DNA of 64,000 nt, from NCBI GenBank assembly GCA_047495785.1, contig JBLDXI010000024.1:1860001-1924000 (forward strand), written 5' to 3'. Under the pieces are notes generated by a model, which was not told where the DNA came from, ran no database searches, and saw only the letters and a program-made list of their open reading frames with translations. Position numbers and translations under genes: made by a program. Below, piece by piece: positions 62,948 to 64,000 of this stretch. Every line of letters starts with the position of its first letter. Position 1 is the stretch's first letter. Origin of the DNA: Lepidodermella squamata (taxonomy: Eukaryota; Animalia; Gastrotricha).

Positions 62948-64000
62948 ATGTTTACCCGTTGGAAGTCGGTTAGCGGTGACAGTTTAACGAAAAGCGATGC
63001 TCGACAGATTGCTGAAGAAAATGACCGGTTGAAGCAGGAACTTGAGCTGGTCAAGTCGCAACTTGAACGAGAAACAGGCCTGTTGGAAGAGGTAACCGCT
63101 GGTTTTATTAACTTGTGGAATTCGCGCAAATTGAAATATGAACTACCTGAAAGGAAAAAAGCCTTCTTGATAACACGTTTGGCGACGATGATGATGAAGA
63201 TGTAATGGCTAAATTGATACATTGTGAACAGGCTCGCAAGAAGTTGCAGGAAGAAAACGAACATTTGGCCTTGGTTTGACTTGCGCTGTTAAAATTCGAA
63301 TTTTTAGAAATTTCTCCTTCATAGGAACTTCACAAGGCTCGGAAGCAGTGGGAAGACGCGTCGAAAACTTTGAAAATTTTATCGTCCGCCAAAGTTTCGT
63401 ACAACTTGTTCAATTCATTGGTAATTAATCGAGTTATCAAATTTTTTGAGATTTAATTCGATTTTTTTCGCAGTTCTCTTTCCATCAATCTCGAAGTTAT
63501 TCGAATGCCTTGGAGAAAAAGTCGCTTTTTCACCACAAATGGCGATCTATTGCTGCGTTGGCGGTTACTAAGCATTGCTCAGCTGCTGATCTCATCGTTT
63601 TTTATCAATGCGGAAATATTTTCGTATGCCATGAAAAAGCCGTTCACAAAATCCAATAAAATCGAATTTTATTCAGGGTCTGACCCGAGACGCCAAAAGT
63701 ATTGTTTGGCGCGCGAAAATTGACTCGACAATTTGCCACGCGGTTGTCGACGAACGTCGCGGTCTTGTCTATTACTCAGCCTACTTTTTCCATCCTGGAA
63801 TTTACTCAGTTAGCCTGAAGAAACTCGAAAGTTGGCGCAGCTCTACGAAAAAACCACCCGCTAATTTGCCATCGGTGAAAACTGACACATTGATTGAGTG
63901 TCCGAAATGGGTCTTCCGAGGCATGGCTATTGATCCGCATCAGGACTGGCTATTCTGCTGCGCGAGATACGCTGGTTCCAACGCTGAAAATGCGTTCGAA
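62948..64000 (+). CDS. Unknown protein: N-terminal coiled coil, then beta-propeller-like repeats (partial, multi-exon)
   Basis: GT-AG exons join in frame: coiled coil (EENDRLKQELE..), then AVVDERRGLVYYS and FRGMAIDPHQDWLF. Runs off the window. Confidence 0.55.

Overview
Gene-dense genomic DNA from a compact-genome invertebrate animal. It has GT-AG introns mostly ~45-60 nt. Motile-cilia genes (DNAH12, ZMYND10) argue against a nematode; the species cannot be named from the sequence. The left 7.7 kb is the highlight. Tyrosine hydroxylase (truncated by the window edge), a GLUT-family transporter with a remodelled sugar site, DOPA decarboxylase and an insect-type arylalkylamine N-acyltransferase-like GNAT sit next to each other. 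Together they encode a complete Tyr -> DOPA -> dopamine -> N-acyl-dopamine route. The TH and GNAT upstream regions share a duplicated non-coding module, so this is a candidate animal biosynthetic gene cluster. The rest of the window holds a RING/B-box/ankyrin gene interrupted by a MITE with tRNA-like arms, GTF3C6, DNAH12, ZMYND10, WASP, NOC4L, RPA2, MCM3, ankyrin ORFs (one with a signal peptide), WDR59, an Rb-like gene and a partial unknown gene. Several co-directional genes show an operon/trans-splicing-like junction (AATAAA, then an unpaired AG, then ATG). There is a candidate structured ncRNA before RPA2, plus several MITEs and Helitron and LINE remnants. All protein assignments come from motif recognition by eye; no searches were run.
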